A DNA stretch of 61,542 nt, the filler included, from a bacterium (GTDB taxonomy: Bacteria > UBA9089 > CG2-30-40-21 > SBAY01): NCBI GenBank assembly GCA_040757115.1. It is 5 parts of 5 records of this genome, joined end to end, with 100 filler letters (N's around TTAATTAATTAA, not from the genome) between each part and the next. Parts side by side here need not be neighbours in the genome. Positions count along the whole stretch, not along the records: positions 1 to 12,515 come from JBFLYA010000116.1; 4 more parts are not named here. One strand, given 5' to 3'. Position 1 is the first letter of the stretch. Every line of letters starts with the position of its first letter. The notes beneath the pieces were generated by a model. That model was not told the DNA's origin. It saw only the letters and a list, made by a program, of their open reading frames with translations, and searched no databases. This document shows, piece after piece, positions 1-8,671 of this stretch. A program made the position numbers and the translations under genes.

Positions 1-414
1 TGAGAAAATCAGGATGAAGGAACATAACCGTATAGGAGGTAGTCAAAGATGTCCATTTAATACGCTCTTCAGGTATAACTACTGATAATCTGAACAAAAG
101 CGGTAACCTCTGCCGTATCAGAAGTATCAGAAGGGGTAAACTGGGGAAACACGGTTGATAAATGGACAATTCGGAGACTATCCAGAAGGAAAGTTTAAAG
201 AGATGCATAAGTGGCATTCATTAAGGGACAAGGTATTCAGAATTCCTTAAGGTATGTGCTTGTGTATAAATAGAAACTTCTCTCTACCATAGAGCAACTA
301 TACGGGGTCGCTAACTACGAGAAAGACGTATGGTTTAAAAGAATTTGTTATGTTATCTAACAAATTTGGCGACGATTGGGGGTTGGAGGCGTTGCCCTCC
401 AGCCTACCAGCTAC
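1..414 (+). mobile_element. Insertion interrupting intI copy 1; 3' part resembles group II intron domains 5/6
   Basis: IntI similarity stops after NQALNAIV at about 412. Stem AACTATACG(296-304)/CGTATGGTT(327-335) resembles D5. Stem 376-410 with bulged A406 resembles D6. No long ORF in 1-290. Confidence 0.45.
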
Positions 415-633
415 AATAGCATTAAGAGCTTGATTTTGTGTACTTGCAGAAACATTCTGTTTAGTTGCCAGGTAAGAAAGATACTGCGAGATTTCCTTCT
501 CTCCCATATATTTTGGATGCTTTTTGTTATGGAAAAGTACAAATCGTTTTATCCATTCAATATAACTCTGCTCAGTACGAATAGAATAGTGCTTTTTACA
601 CATCACTTCACTGGTCTGCTCAAGAAGATTCAC
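412..633 (-). pseudogene. intI: Integron integrase N-terminal fragment (copy 1), interrupted
   Basis: HYSIRTEQSYIEWIKRF...HP...YLSYLA...VSASTQNQALNAI is the IntI N-terminus. Likely GTG start at 633 after AAGGAGG. Divergent from an attC array. Confidence 0.9.
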
Positions 634-687
634 CCCGTTAGACCTCCTTTCAGCATTTTTCGGTTTCAATATTACATGCATTTTAAC

Positions 688-716
688 TATAATACACTAT
701 TTATCAGATAATTGCA
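688..716 (-). promoter_or_regulatory. PintI promoter (copy 1)
   Basis: Minus strand TTGCAA-17 bp-TATTAT upstream of intI. Confidence 0.55.
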
Positions 717-820
717 AGAAAAAAAATTTATAATGCAGTAAAATAAAAACCGCTAATAGGCAGGATAATACTTAGGATGGTATTTTTCAGTATTTTCTAA
801 TTTTGATATTAAAATTTTTC

Positions 821-849
821 TTGACAGAATATTTTATTTATGCTACTCT
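821..849 (+). promoter_or_regulatory. Cassette promoter Pc (copy 1)
   Basis: TTGACA-17 bp-TACTCT with a TGn extension, facing the array; conserved in copy 2. Confidence 0.75.
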
Positions 850-863
850 GTAAATAGCCTAAC

Positions 864-916
864 TTATAATGCAGTAATATAAAACTGCTAATAGGCAGTA
901 TAATCTAATGTTAGAA
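864..916 (+). other. attI site (copy 1), crossover G/TTAGAA at 910
   Basis: Similarity with platform 2 ends just after GTTAGA. Palindrome GCAGT-N8-ACTGC, with a direct-repeat copy at about 729-770. Confidence 0.75.
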
Positions 917-1377
917 TAAAAAAATAATCACACAAAGGCACAAAGTCACAATGGAATTGAATAAAAACAATAAATCTTTGTGTACTTTGAGGCTCTGTGT
1001 GAGGATATAAAAGAAAAATTCTAACCAGTCGCTGCACCTGACTGCGGGGGGCTGTGCCGTAATTAGAGTTTTGTGGTATCTCAAGCTTTTATCTTGTTTA
1101 CAAAGTTTGGTGGTAATCCTCCCCGCAGCAGGTGAGCTCTATCGTTAGAATAAAAAAATAATCACACAAAGGCACAAAGTCACAATGGAATTGAATAAAA
1201 ACAATAAATCTTTGTGTGCTTTGAGGTTCTGTGTGAGGATATAAAAGAGAAATTCTAACCCTTCGCTGCACCTGACTGCGAGGGGCTGTGCCGTAATTAG
1301 AGTTTTGTGGTATCTCAAGCTTTTATCTTGCTTACAAGTTTAGTGGTAATTCCCCCTCGCAGCAGGTGAGCTCAATC
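910..1377 (+). mobile_element. Two tandem ORF-less cassettes, type A (234 bp each including attC)
   Basis: GTTAGAAT...ATTCTAAC matched cores, internal inverted repeat, no ORF; third copy at 3039-3271. Confidence 0.85.
1019..1150 (+). repeat. attC site, type 1
   Basis: TTCTAAC...CACCTGAC/GCAGGTG...GTTAGAA imperfect palindrome. Confidence 0.9.
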
Positions 1378-1384
1378 GTTAGAT
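1253..1384 (+). repeat. attC site, type 1
   Basis: TTCTAAC...GTTAGAT, same family. Confidence 0.9.
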
Positions 1385-1406
1385 GTTTGAGAAAAGGGGG
1401 GCACAA

Positions 1407-2015
1407 ATGGCGTATTATTCTCCACCATATGAGAGTCCAATAGAAGATAAGTTTGCCTATAACCTCGTGAAGTATTTGGCAGATGACATAACTTTTGAAG
1501 CGCAAGTGGAAATTAACACCATTTGCGGCCGATTTCGTCTTGATTTTGTTGCCTCAACTGCAAATGGCAAGAAAGTTGCGTTCGAGTGCGACGGTAAAGA
1601 CTTTCATGAGGAATCTAGGGATGAGTGGCGGGATGCAATGATTTTGGGAGGCGGAGAGATGGATACTATTTATAGGTTCAGAGGATCTGATATTACTTAT
1701 CATTTGGAAGACCTTCTTTATTTCGTATCCAGATGCGATCCAGAGTTATTTTCTCATAGAGGGTTTATAAATTTAGAAAGGCTATCTTCCAATGAATCGC
1801 ATAATATGAGAATAAATGCGGATAGCGACCATTTTCATATTACTTATGTGAATCGCGAGAAAAACATGATTACAATAGCAGCGATAGAACGAAGACATAA
1901 GAACATCCCTGAAGGGAGTCGACAGTTTTGGCAAGCAGCATACAGATTCGCTTCGCAAAGTGGTGGAGGTTCACTTGATTCCGTTATTTCTGCTTATCGA
2001 AGCAAAAACATCTAA
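1407..2015 (+). CDS. Cassette: DUF559/Vsr-like PD-(D/E)XK endonuclease
   Basis: ESPIE...Q...FRLDF...AFECDGKDFH...RD...IYRFRGSDI motifs. Stop TAA lies inside the attC inverse core. Confidence 0.7.
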   Translation: MAYYSPPYESPIEDKFAYNLVKYLADDITFEAQVEINTICGRFRLDFVASTANGKKVAFECDGKDFHEESRDEWRDAMILGGGEMDTIYRFRGSDITYHLEDLLYFVSRCDPELFSHRGFINLERLSSNESHNMRINADSDHFHITYVNREKNMITIAAIERRHKNIPEGSRQFWQAAYRFASQSGGGSLDSVISAYRSKNI

Positions 2016-2141
2016 CCCTTCGCTGCACCTGACTGCGAGGGGCTGTGCCGTAATTAAAGTTTTGTGGTATCTCAAGATTTTATCTTGTTTACAAAGTTTG
2101 GTGGTAATCCGCCCCGCAGCAGGTGAGCTCTATCGTTATGT
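2010..2141 (+). repeat. attC site, type 1
   Basis: ATCTAAC...GTTATGT. Confidence 0.9.
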
Positions 2142-2160
2142 TTCTATCAAGGAATAATTC

Positions 2161-2895
2161 ATGCAACAAAAAATTGACACCGAAAGGATAACAAGAGATA
2201 ACTTGAATAATGATGGTTTTAGCCAGATTATTTCAGATGAAACTATCTGGGGTAATAAAAAATACAACCAATGGAAGATGGAATTGCTATGGTGGCTTGT
2301 AAAATATGGCAATATAAGTAGTGTCAAAGAAAATGAAGTTGTTTTACTGTTAAATAGATTCTCTGATGAACATATACCAGTTTATTTTAAAATTATCCTT
2401 GAAATGGTAGTTTTTCATTACAAAGTACTCCCAACAAATACGACGGAGTTAGCTGTAAAGATTCTTTCTGAAAGGGATCTACGACTTAATTTTGACGAGC
2501 ATAAAAGAATAGTTAATAAATCCAAAGAATTACCTGACCATCTTAATAAGAAAATTAAGAATCTGCTTAGTGATGTTCAGCTTTATGCACCGTCAAAGCC
2601 AAGGATGGCATCAACTGCCTCAATAGGAGACCTATTTACTCCAGATAATATTACAATTCTTACTGCATTAATTTCAGCTACTATAGGAATTACAACAACA
2701 ACAATAAAGGGAATTAAACTTTGGCTTGATGAGCGAGCATCACGAAGAATCAAAATAAAGCATAAAGACTTTGAAGTGGAGATACAAGGAGCCATTAGTG
2801 AGGAAGAATTACGCAAAAAACTTGCTATAGCTAAAGAAATAAGAGAAGAGCTAAATAAAGATAATGTACAAATTATTGTATCAAAAGATAAATAA
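2161..2895 (+). CDS. Cassette: hypothetical protein with a C-terminal hydrophobic, EACC1-like region
   Basis: 244-aa ORF with RBS between attCs. Hydrophobic helix followed by WL..R..RIKIK..FEVEIQG. Confidence 0.55.
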   Translation: MQQKIDTERITRDNLNNDGFSQIISDETIWGNKKYNQWKMELLWWLVKYGNISSVKENEVVLLLNRFSDEHIPVYFKIILEMVVFHYKVLPTNTTELAVKILSERDLRLNFDEHKRIVNKSKELPDHLNKKIKNLLSDVQLYAPSKPRMASTASIGDLFTPDNITILTALISATIGITTTTIKGIKLWLDERASRRIKIKHKDFEVEIQGAISEEELRKKLAIAKEIREELNKDNVQIIVSKDK

Positions 2896-2911
2896 TCCAA
2901 AGAATGAAAAA

Positions 2912-3045
2912 ACATAACTATTCACTGCACCTGATAGCAGGGGCTGGACGTGATTGAGATAGTTTTGTAGTTTACCAGAATTTTATCTTGCTTATGAAAG
3001 TTTAGTGGTAATTCTCCCTGCTGCAGGTGAGCTCTATCGTTAGAA
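2912..3045 (+). repeat. attC site, type 1 variant
   Basis: ACATAAC...GTTAGAA. Confidence 0.9.
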
Positions 3046-3271
3046 TAAAAAAAATAATCACACAAAGTCACAAATGAATTGAATAAAAAGAATAAATCTT
3101 TGTGTGCTTTGAGGCTCTGTGTGAGGATATAAAAGAGAAATTCTAACCCTTCGCTGCACCTGACTGCGAGGGGCTGTGGCGTGATTGAGATAGTTTTGTA
3201 GTTTACCAGAGTTCTATCTTGCTTATGAAAGTTTAGTGGTAATTCCCCCCTCGCAGCAGGTGAGCTCTATC
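3039..3271 (+). mobile_element. ORF-less cassette type A, third copy
   Basis: Same sequence as 910-1143 with one 9-mer unit of the left arm missing. Confidence 0.85.
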
Positions 3272-3278
3272 GTTAGGG
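3141..3278 (+). repeat. attC site, type 1 variant
   Basis: TTCTAAC...GTTAGGG. Confidence 0.9.
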
Positions 3279-3314
3279 CGATTAATTCCACAACCTAAAG
3301 GTCGATTAGTATAT

Positions 3315-3446
3315 GCCTAACAATTCGTTGCAGTTGACGGCGGGGGACTGTGCCGTGGTCAAAGTTTTGTGGTCTCTCAAAGTTTTATCTTGCTATCAAA
3401 CTTTTGTGGTAATTCTTCCCGCCGCACCTGAACTTTATCGTTAGGC
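3315..3446 (+). repeat. attC site, type 2, closing a mini cassette of about 43 bp
   Basis: GCCTAAC...CAGTTGACGGCGG/CCGCCGCACCTG...GTTAGGC. Confidence 0.9.
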
Positions 3447-3468
3447 TACTGAATTATTAAGGATTATC

Positions 3469-4353
3469 ATGAAAACAACTTTAGATCATCTTCCTTTCAG
3501 AAAACAAAGGGAATTGGAGACTATTACCAAGCTTATCTCTCATGCCACCAAGGTGGAGATGATTATTCTTTTTGGCAGCTATGCCAGGGGAGACTTTGTT
3601 GACTCTGACTTTCGCTATGATAGAGAAGAGGGGCACTTTACCAGCTATGAGTCTGACTTTGACATTATGGTGATCGTAAAGGATGAGAAAAAGCCTGAGG
3701 ATTTTAAGATCTGGGGAAAGGTAGAGAATCAGATCAGCCGTAAAATCCCTACCCCTGTAAGCTTAATCATTGAGGATATTGAGCATGTCAATGAACAACT
3801 GTCGGTTGGCAGATACTTCTATGCTGACATCAAAAAAGAAGGCATTCTCCTCTATGACTCAAAGAGGTTCCAATTAGCCAGGGCAAGAAAGCTTACTCCT
3901 GGAATAAAGAAGAAGCTGGCAGAGGAGGATTTTGATCTTTGGTTTCCAAAAGCAAAAGACTACTTTGAATTTTATGAAATTGGTGTTTCACGAAAAAAAT
4001 GGAACATAGCTGCCTTCCACCTCCATCAGACCACCGAATTTCTATACACTGGCACTTCCCTTGTTCTTACCTCCTACAAACCCAGAACCCGTGATTTAGA
4101 GAAACTGACCAAGCGGATAGAGAAGATTGACCAGGATTTTTGTAAGATCTTTCCAAGAAAAGAAGGTGAAGAAAAGAGATTGTTTGAACTCCTCAAGAAA
4201 GCCTATGTTGATGCAAGATACAGCAAGAATTATAAAATAACAAAACAAGAACTTGAATACCTTGCTGAGCGAGTGAAAAAACTACGCAGATTATCATTGA
4301 AAAAATGTCGTGAGAAGTTTAAGCAATTTGAACAGGAAATTAAAAAAGCCTAA
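3469..4353 (+). CDS. Cassette: fused nucleotidyltransferase (MNT)-HEPN protein
   Basis: ILFGSYARGD...SDFDI and AAFHLHQ...AYVDARY motifs. Confidence 0.9.
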   Translation: MKTTLDHLPFRKQRELETITKLISHATKVEMIILFGSYARGDFVDSDFRYDREEGHFTSYESDFDIMVIVKDEKKPEDFKIWGKVENQISRKIPTPVSLIIEDIEHVNEQLSVGRYFYADIKKEGILLYDSKRFQLARARKLTPGIKKKLAEEDFDLWFPKAKDYFEFYEIGVSRKKWNIAAFHLHQTTEFLYTGTSLVLTSYKPRTRDLEKLTKRIEKIDQDFCKIFPRKEGEEKRLFELLKKAYVDARYSKNYKITKQELEYLAERVKKLRRLSLKKCREKFKQFEQEIKKA

Positions 4354-4407
4354 CCCATCGCTGCAGACGACCTCGCTTTGCTCGGCGGCTGAGCTCTATC
4401 GTTAGAC
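4348..4407 (+). repeat. Short attC site (60 bp)
   Basis: GCCTAAC...GTTAGAC; last site of array 1. Confidence 0.85.
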
Positions 4408-4417
4408 TTATAAAAAA

Positions 4418-4895
4418 GAGCCATTGATATACACAGATGGAACACGGATATAAAAATGGGTTTAAAAGATGAAGGAATAACAGAAGATATAATTCTGTGT
4501 TTTATCCGTGTTAATCTGTGGCTGAATAAAATATGGGGTGGAAATTTCCTACACGGGCAGAGAATCAAGAAGGATAGAAGATAAAAGTCAGAAGGAGAAA
4601 AACCCTTTAGCCTTTAGCCTAATTACGGACACGGATACCGGACACGATTCACAAATTTTCCACCTGTGCGGTTAAATGTAAAATGGATAATGTAAAATGA
4701 GAAATGTCCAATGAAAATGTATAACTGAAAGGTAATGAGTCTTGCGAAGGACTAAAATTTCCCATTTTTCATTTTCTATTTTACATTTATTTTTCCTTTG
4801 CGTCTCTGCGATGAATTAGTCTAATCGCACAGGTCGCGAATTTTCAGTGTTTCATCCGTGTCCATCTGTGGCTGAATAATTACCTAAATAGTTAC
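4418..4895. mobile_element. Nested MITE/hairpin cluster, including an ACCTGTGCG-ended MITE at 4662-4834 and GTAA-type ends at 4870-4895
   Basis: Terminal inverted repeat ACCTGTGCGGTTA/TAATCGCACAGGT; partial copy at 31342-31450; CACGGAT-type periodic inverted repeats. Confidence 0.7.
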
Positions 4896-6547
4896 CTTAA
4901 TTGTGCACGGACGGCACTTTTTCGTTTAATTTGATGATGATAAGCGATTGCAAATCTATGTGCAGAGTTACGAATTTGTTGAATTAAATGTAAGACATTA
5001 GAATCCGGAGGTGGAATCAGACAGGAAGAATGCGTAAATATCTTCTCCCTTTCTCCTTTTTTCTGAGGTTTGGCAAGACTTATTAATGGTATATTTGAAA
5101 TGCCTAAGGAAGATAATACTTTAAAGGCTATATTTAATTGCTGTCTGCCGCCATCAACTAATATTAAATCCGGAAGCGGTTTCTTCTCATTCAAGACGCG
5201 GGTATATCTTCGTCTGATTACTTCTTCTAACATCGCGACATCGCCAGCTAAATCCGCTCCTTTAATTTTAAATCTTCGATATTCACTTTTTTTGGGCTGT
5301 GCCTCTTCAAAGACAACTAAAGAACCTACGGCATCCTTACCCGTTAAACAAGATATATCAAATGCCTCAATCCGCTTTGGTAATATAGGTAGATGGAGAT
5401 AATTCTGGAGCAAGATAAGTATTTTTATATTTTCTTCTGCTTTTTGAGATAAAAGATTTACAGCCGCATTTTTTGTCGCCAGGTCAATGAGATATTTTTT
5501 TTCGCCCCGTTTTGGAACAGAAATTTTAACCTTTGCCCCTTTTTTTTCATTCAGCCATTCCTTAATGGTATTTTCTTCTTCTATTCTACCAGGCAAAATT
5601 AATTCTTTTGGGATAAATGTCTTTCGTGAATAATATTGTTTGAGAAAAGCAGTTAGTATTTCGCCTACGGATTCTGTTAAGTCTATTTTCAGGAAGTAAT
5701 GTTCATCTCCAATCAATCTTCCAGCCCTGATTAAGAAAACAACGGCACATATTTGTTTGGGTTCACTCAATTCGGCAATACCAATGATATCCTGGTCAAC
5801 CTGTGATAGAGAGACAACCTGTTGCCTGGTCATTACATTTTTCAGGGCAAAGATTTGGTCACGAATTATAGCCGATTTCTCAAACCGTAACGCCTGTGCC
5901 TCATTCTTCATCTTTATTTTTAGTTCATTGATTAATTCTTCAACCCGACCATTTAAAAACAGGCATACCTGCTCAACCATCTTTTGATAATCTTCTTTGC
6001 TAACATTTCCACAACAGGGTGCAAGACATCTTTTAATATCAAAATTAAGGCAGGGTCTTTGCAGTTTTTTACCGGCATTAAGTTTATATTTACAAGTTCT
6101 AATCTGGAATATTTCCTGGATTAATTTTAATGTTTGACGCAGATTACCGCTATGAGTATAGGGACCAAAATATTTTGCCCCATCATCCGAAGCTCTCCTT
6201 GTGGTGAAAATTCCCGGGAACTCTTCCTGTGTTGTAATTTTAAGGAGCGGATAGGTTTTATCGTCTTTGAAAGTAACATTATATCCTGGTTTATATGTTT
6301 TAATCAAATTATTTTCTAATATCAACGCCTCTACTTCAGAATTAGCCACGATATAATCAAAATCCGCAATTTTAGCTCTGAGAATTAAATCTTTGGGCAA
6401 GGCAGGTCTTTTTTTCTGGAAATATGACCTGACCCGCTTCGAGAGACAGGTGGCTTTACCAACATAAATTATCTTACCAGCCTTATCCTTAAACAGATAT
6501 ACACCAGGTTCTTGAGGTAAAGATTTAAGTTTAGACTTTAAAGTCAT
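4892..6547 (-). CDS. uvrC: Excinuclease ABC subunit C, lacking the C-terminal HhH domain
   Basis: GIY-YIG N-terminus (PGVYLF...YVGKA), RIEAFDIS, LILVDGG motifs. Confidence 0.95.
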   Translation of the reverse strand: MTLKSKLKSLPQEPGVYLFKDKAGKIIYVGKATCLSKRVRSYFQKKRPALPKDLILRAKIADFDYIVANSEVEALILENNLIKTYKPGYNVTFKDDKTYPLLKITTQEEFPGIFTTRRASDDGAKYFGPYTHSGNLRQTLKLIQEIFQIRTCKYKLNAGKKLQRPCLNFDIKRCLAPCCGNVSKEDYQKMVEQVCLFLNGRVEELINELKIKMKNEAQALRFEKSAIIRDQIFALKNVMTRQQVVSLSQVDQDIIGIAELSEPKQICAVVFLIRAGRLIGDEHYFLKIDLTESVGEILTAFLKQYYSRKTFIPKELILPGRIEEENTIKEWLNEKKGAKVKISVPKRGEKKYLIDLATKNAAVNLLSQKAEENIKILILLQNYLHLPILPKRIEAFDISCLTGKDAVGSLVVFEEAQPKKSEYRRFKIKGADLAGDVAMLEEVIRRRYTRVLNEKKPLPDLILVDGGRQQLNIAFKVLSSLGISNIPLISLAKPQKKGEREKIFTHSSCLIPPPDSNVLHLIQQIRNSAHRFAIAYHHQIKRKSAVRAQLR

Positions 6548-6850
6548 AGCAAGATAAATTTAACATAATAAAGTGATTTTGTAAAGTGTAATTTTTCATT
6601 GACCAGAGAGTGAGAATATAGTGGTTACTTGATATTCCTACCTCTGTTTCTTCAAAATGCGAAAGTTAGGATATAATAGAATTTCTGCTAAAGTATTCTT
6701 AGAAGATGCAAAAATGAATGAACAGTCCAAAAGCCCCAAAAAGCGAGAGTGTTGCAAATGGTTTTTAGTTATGGTGCGGGTTGAGAAGAATTTTGGGTGA
6801 TAAAAGATGCCAAAGATATAAAAAAAATTTCCTATCAATTAAAAAAAATG

Positions 6851-6879
6851 TTGACAAAATAAATAGTTTAATGTATAAT
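6851..6879 (+). promoter_or_regulatory. Consensus sigma70 promoter
   Basis: TTGACA-17 bp-TATAAT. Confidence 0.85.
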
Positions 6880-6890
6880 TATTACAACAA

Positions 6891-7120
6891 TAGAAGGTTC
6901 TCGGATAAAAAGGTTAGGAAGCAGGTATAGAAGTTGGGTTAGAAAGTTGGTGATAGTTGGTTACTTGGACAAATTTCAAGGGGAAAACACTAACTTCCTA
7001 ACCCCTAAACCAAACGAGCCTTTTAACTTTAATCTCTTTACCCCAAAACGGGGTGAAGAAAAGTTACCTGCTTGAAAAGACTAATAAAATCAACGCTAAA
7101 TTTTATCCGAGAGCGTTCTA
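6891..7120. mobile_element. MITE in the 5' UTR
   Basis: 18/20 inverted repeat TAGAAGGTTCTCGGATAAAA / TTTTATCCGAGAGCGTTCTA; right end recurs at about 38022. Confidence 0.65.
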
Positions 7121-7143
7121 AAACTAAAAGGAGGAATAAAAAA

Positions 7144-8580
7144 ATGAGTAAGGTATTGACAATGGGCATCACAATAATGGTAGTTTCATTATTTATGCTC
7201 TTGACAGTAAGTCTATCCTATGGTGGAAGTGGATTACCATGTCAAAAATGGCAATGTCAGGACTGTGGAAAGATATGGGAATGTGCTAAAAACACATGCC
7301 CTAATAGAAACTGTAAAGGATACGGTAAGGGACGAGGATTACCATGTCAAAAATGGCAATGTCAGGATTGTGGAGAGATATGGGAATGTGCTAAGAACAC
7401 ATGCCCTAATAGAAACTGTAAAGGATACGGTAAGGGACGAGGATTACCATGTCAAAAATGGCAATGTCAGGATTGTGGAGAGATATGGGAATGTGCTAAG
7501 AACACATGCCCTAATAGAAACTGTAAAGGATACGGTAAGGGACGAGGATTACCATGTCAAAAATGGCAATGTCAGGATTGTGGAGAGATATGGGAATGTG
7601 CTAAGAACACATGCCCTAATAGAAACTGTAAAGGATACGGTAAGGGACGAGGATTACCATGTCAAAAATGGCAATGCCAGGACTGTGGAAAGATATGGGA
7701 ATGTGCTAAAAACAAATGCCCTGTGCCTACATGTGTTGCTCTGCCACCCTTTGAAGAAGAAAAAAGCGTTTGCAGTATTCCATTCACTGCTTTGGAGGGA
7801 GAGACAGCAATTAATACAAAGTATACGGGTAAGATTACAAGTATCAAATTTACTGCTGTTGATGGTAAAGAACTTACCTCAGAAGATGTACCAGGTGTAA
7901 AGGTAAAAGAGCGTGATGGTTGGACTATTCTGGATATCCCTAAAGGAATAGTAATTGTTGGAGGAATAATAACAGGAGTAGATAGAATCATAAAGATTCT
8001 CTCACCAAAGGAAAAAACAGAGGTTACCACCACTCCTCCAAAAGATAAAATTATACCAACTGACGGAGAAATTGAGGTTACAAATGGTAATATTGATGAA
8101 ACAATAACTGGAGAAGATATCTTTGATATTACTAAGCCAGGAGAGAATATAGTTTCTATAGTTAAGCCAGAGACTAATGGAGAATACCCAATAGACATAA
8201 TTGCCGCAAGAATGGATGAAATTAAAGTAGTAGGTACTGATATACCCTTAGATGTGATAGGTCCAGAGGGGATATGTAAGGTTAAAGTGACAAAACCGGA
8301 TGCTCCTTCAATTAGTTCAGATGTTCCTTCCTGGGGATATAACCTTTCTATGCCACCAGTTACTCAAACAGGAATGCCAGTGCCAATTACTGCATATGTC
8401 TGTGGTGTTAAAGGTAAAAAAGTAGAGTTTAAATTCATCCCTGAGGAAGGTCAGACTATTGAACCACTAATGGTTACCTTATCTACGGAGGAACTTGGAA
8501 AACCTATTCCTATCGCTAAATTAACTACCACTAAGATTGGACCACAAACACTAAATTGTGAAGTTGTTATTATAAAATGA
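7144..8580 (+). CDS. Secreted protein with tandem 35-aa Cys-rich repeats
   Basis: AGGAGG RBS, hydrophobic signal-like N-terminus, four full and one partial repeat. Confidence 0.8.
   Translation: MSKVLTMGITIMVVSLFMLLTVSLSYGGSGLPCQKWQCQDCGKIWECAKNTCPNRNCKGYGKGRGLPCQKWQCQDCGEIWECAKNTCPNRNCKGYGKGRGLPCQKWQCQDCGEIWECAKNTCPNRNCKGYGKGRGLPCQKWQCQDCGEIWECAKNTCPNRNCKGYGKGRGLPCQKWQCQDCGKIWECAKNKCPVPTCVALPPFEEEKSVCSIPFTALEGETAINTKYTGKITSIKFTAVDGKELTSEDVPGVKVKERDGWTILDIPKGIVIVGGIITGVDRIIKILSPKEKTEVTTTPPKDKIIPTDGEIEVTNGNIDETITGEDIFDITKPGENIVSIVKPETNGEYPIDIIAARMDEIKVVGTDIPLDVIGPEGICKVKVTKPDAPSISSDVPSWGYNLSMPPVTQTGMPVPITAYVCGVKGKKVEFKFIPEEGQTIEPLMVTLSTEELGKPIPIAKLTTTKIGPQTLNCEVVIIK
7231..7721 (+). repeat. 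105-bp coding tandem repeat, about 4.7 copies
   Basis: Units start at 7231, 7336, 7441, 7546 and 7651 and are nearly identical. Confidence 0.95.
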
Positions 8581-8671
8581 GGGGAGTAAGATGAAATTCG
8601 CAGAGAACTATTGGGGAAACAAACCTGAATGGTGGTAATGAAAATTTAGATTTAAAAGTTTGAGAGTCTCT

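Noticed and set aside
170-260. Group I intron core (TCGGAGACTA resembles the R element)
   Set aside because: No matching S element (ATAGTC) was found downstream.
1960-2157. Small ORFs across attC sites or repeats (also 26386, 35077, 36436, 36668, 37078, 12008, 50035, 50057)
   Set aside because: They are translations of attC or repeat DNA without independent coding evidence.
1019-4407. attC repeats as CRISPR or REP arrays
   Set aside because: They have AAC/GTT cores, flank genes and lie beside intI.
7231-7721. Multiheme cytochrome
   Set aside because: The motif is CQDCG, not CxxCH.
7220-7900. Overlapping 226-aa repeat ORF
   Set aside because: Alternate-frame shadow of the 105-bp repeat; the Cys frame has the RBS, signal peptide and continuation.
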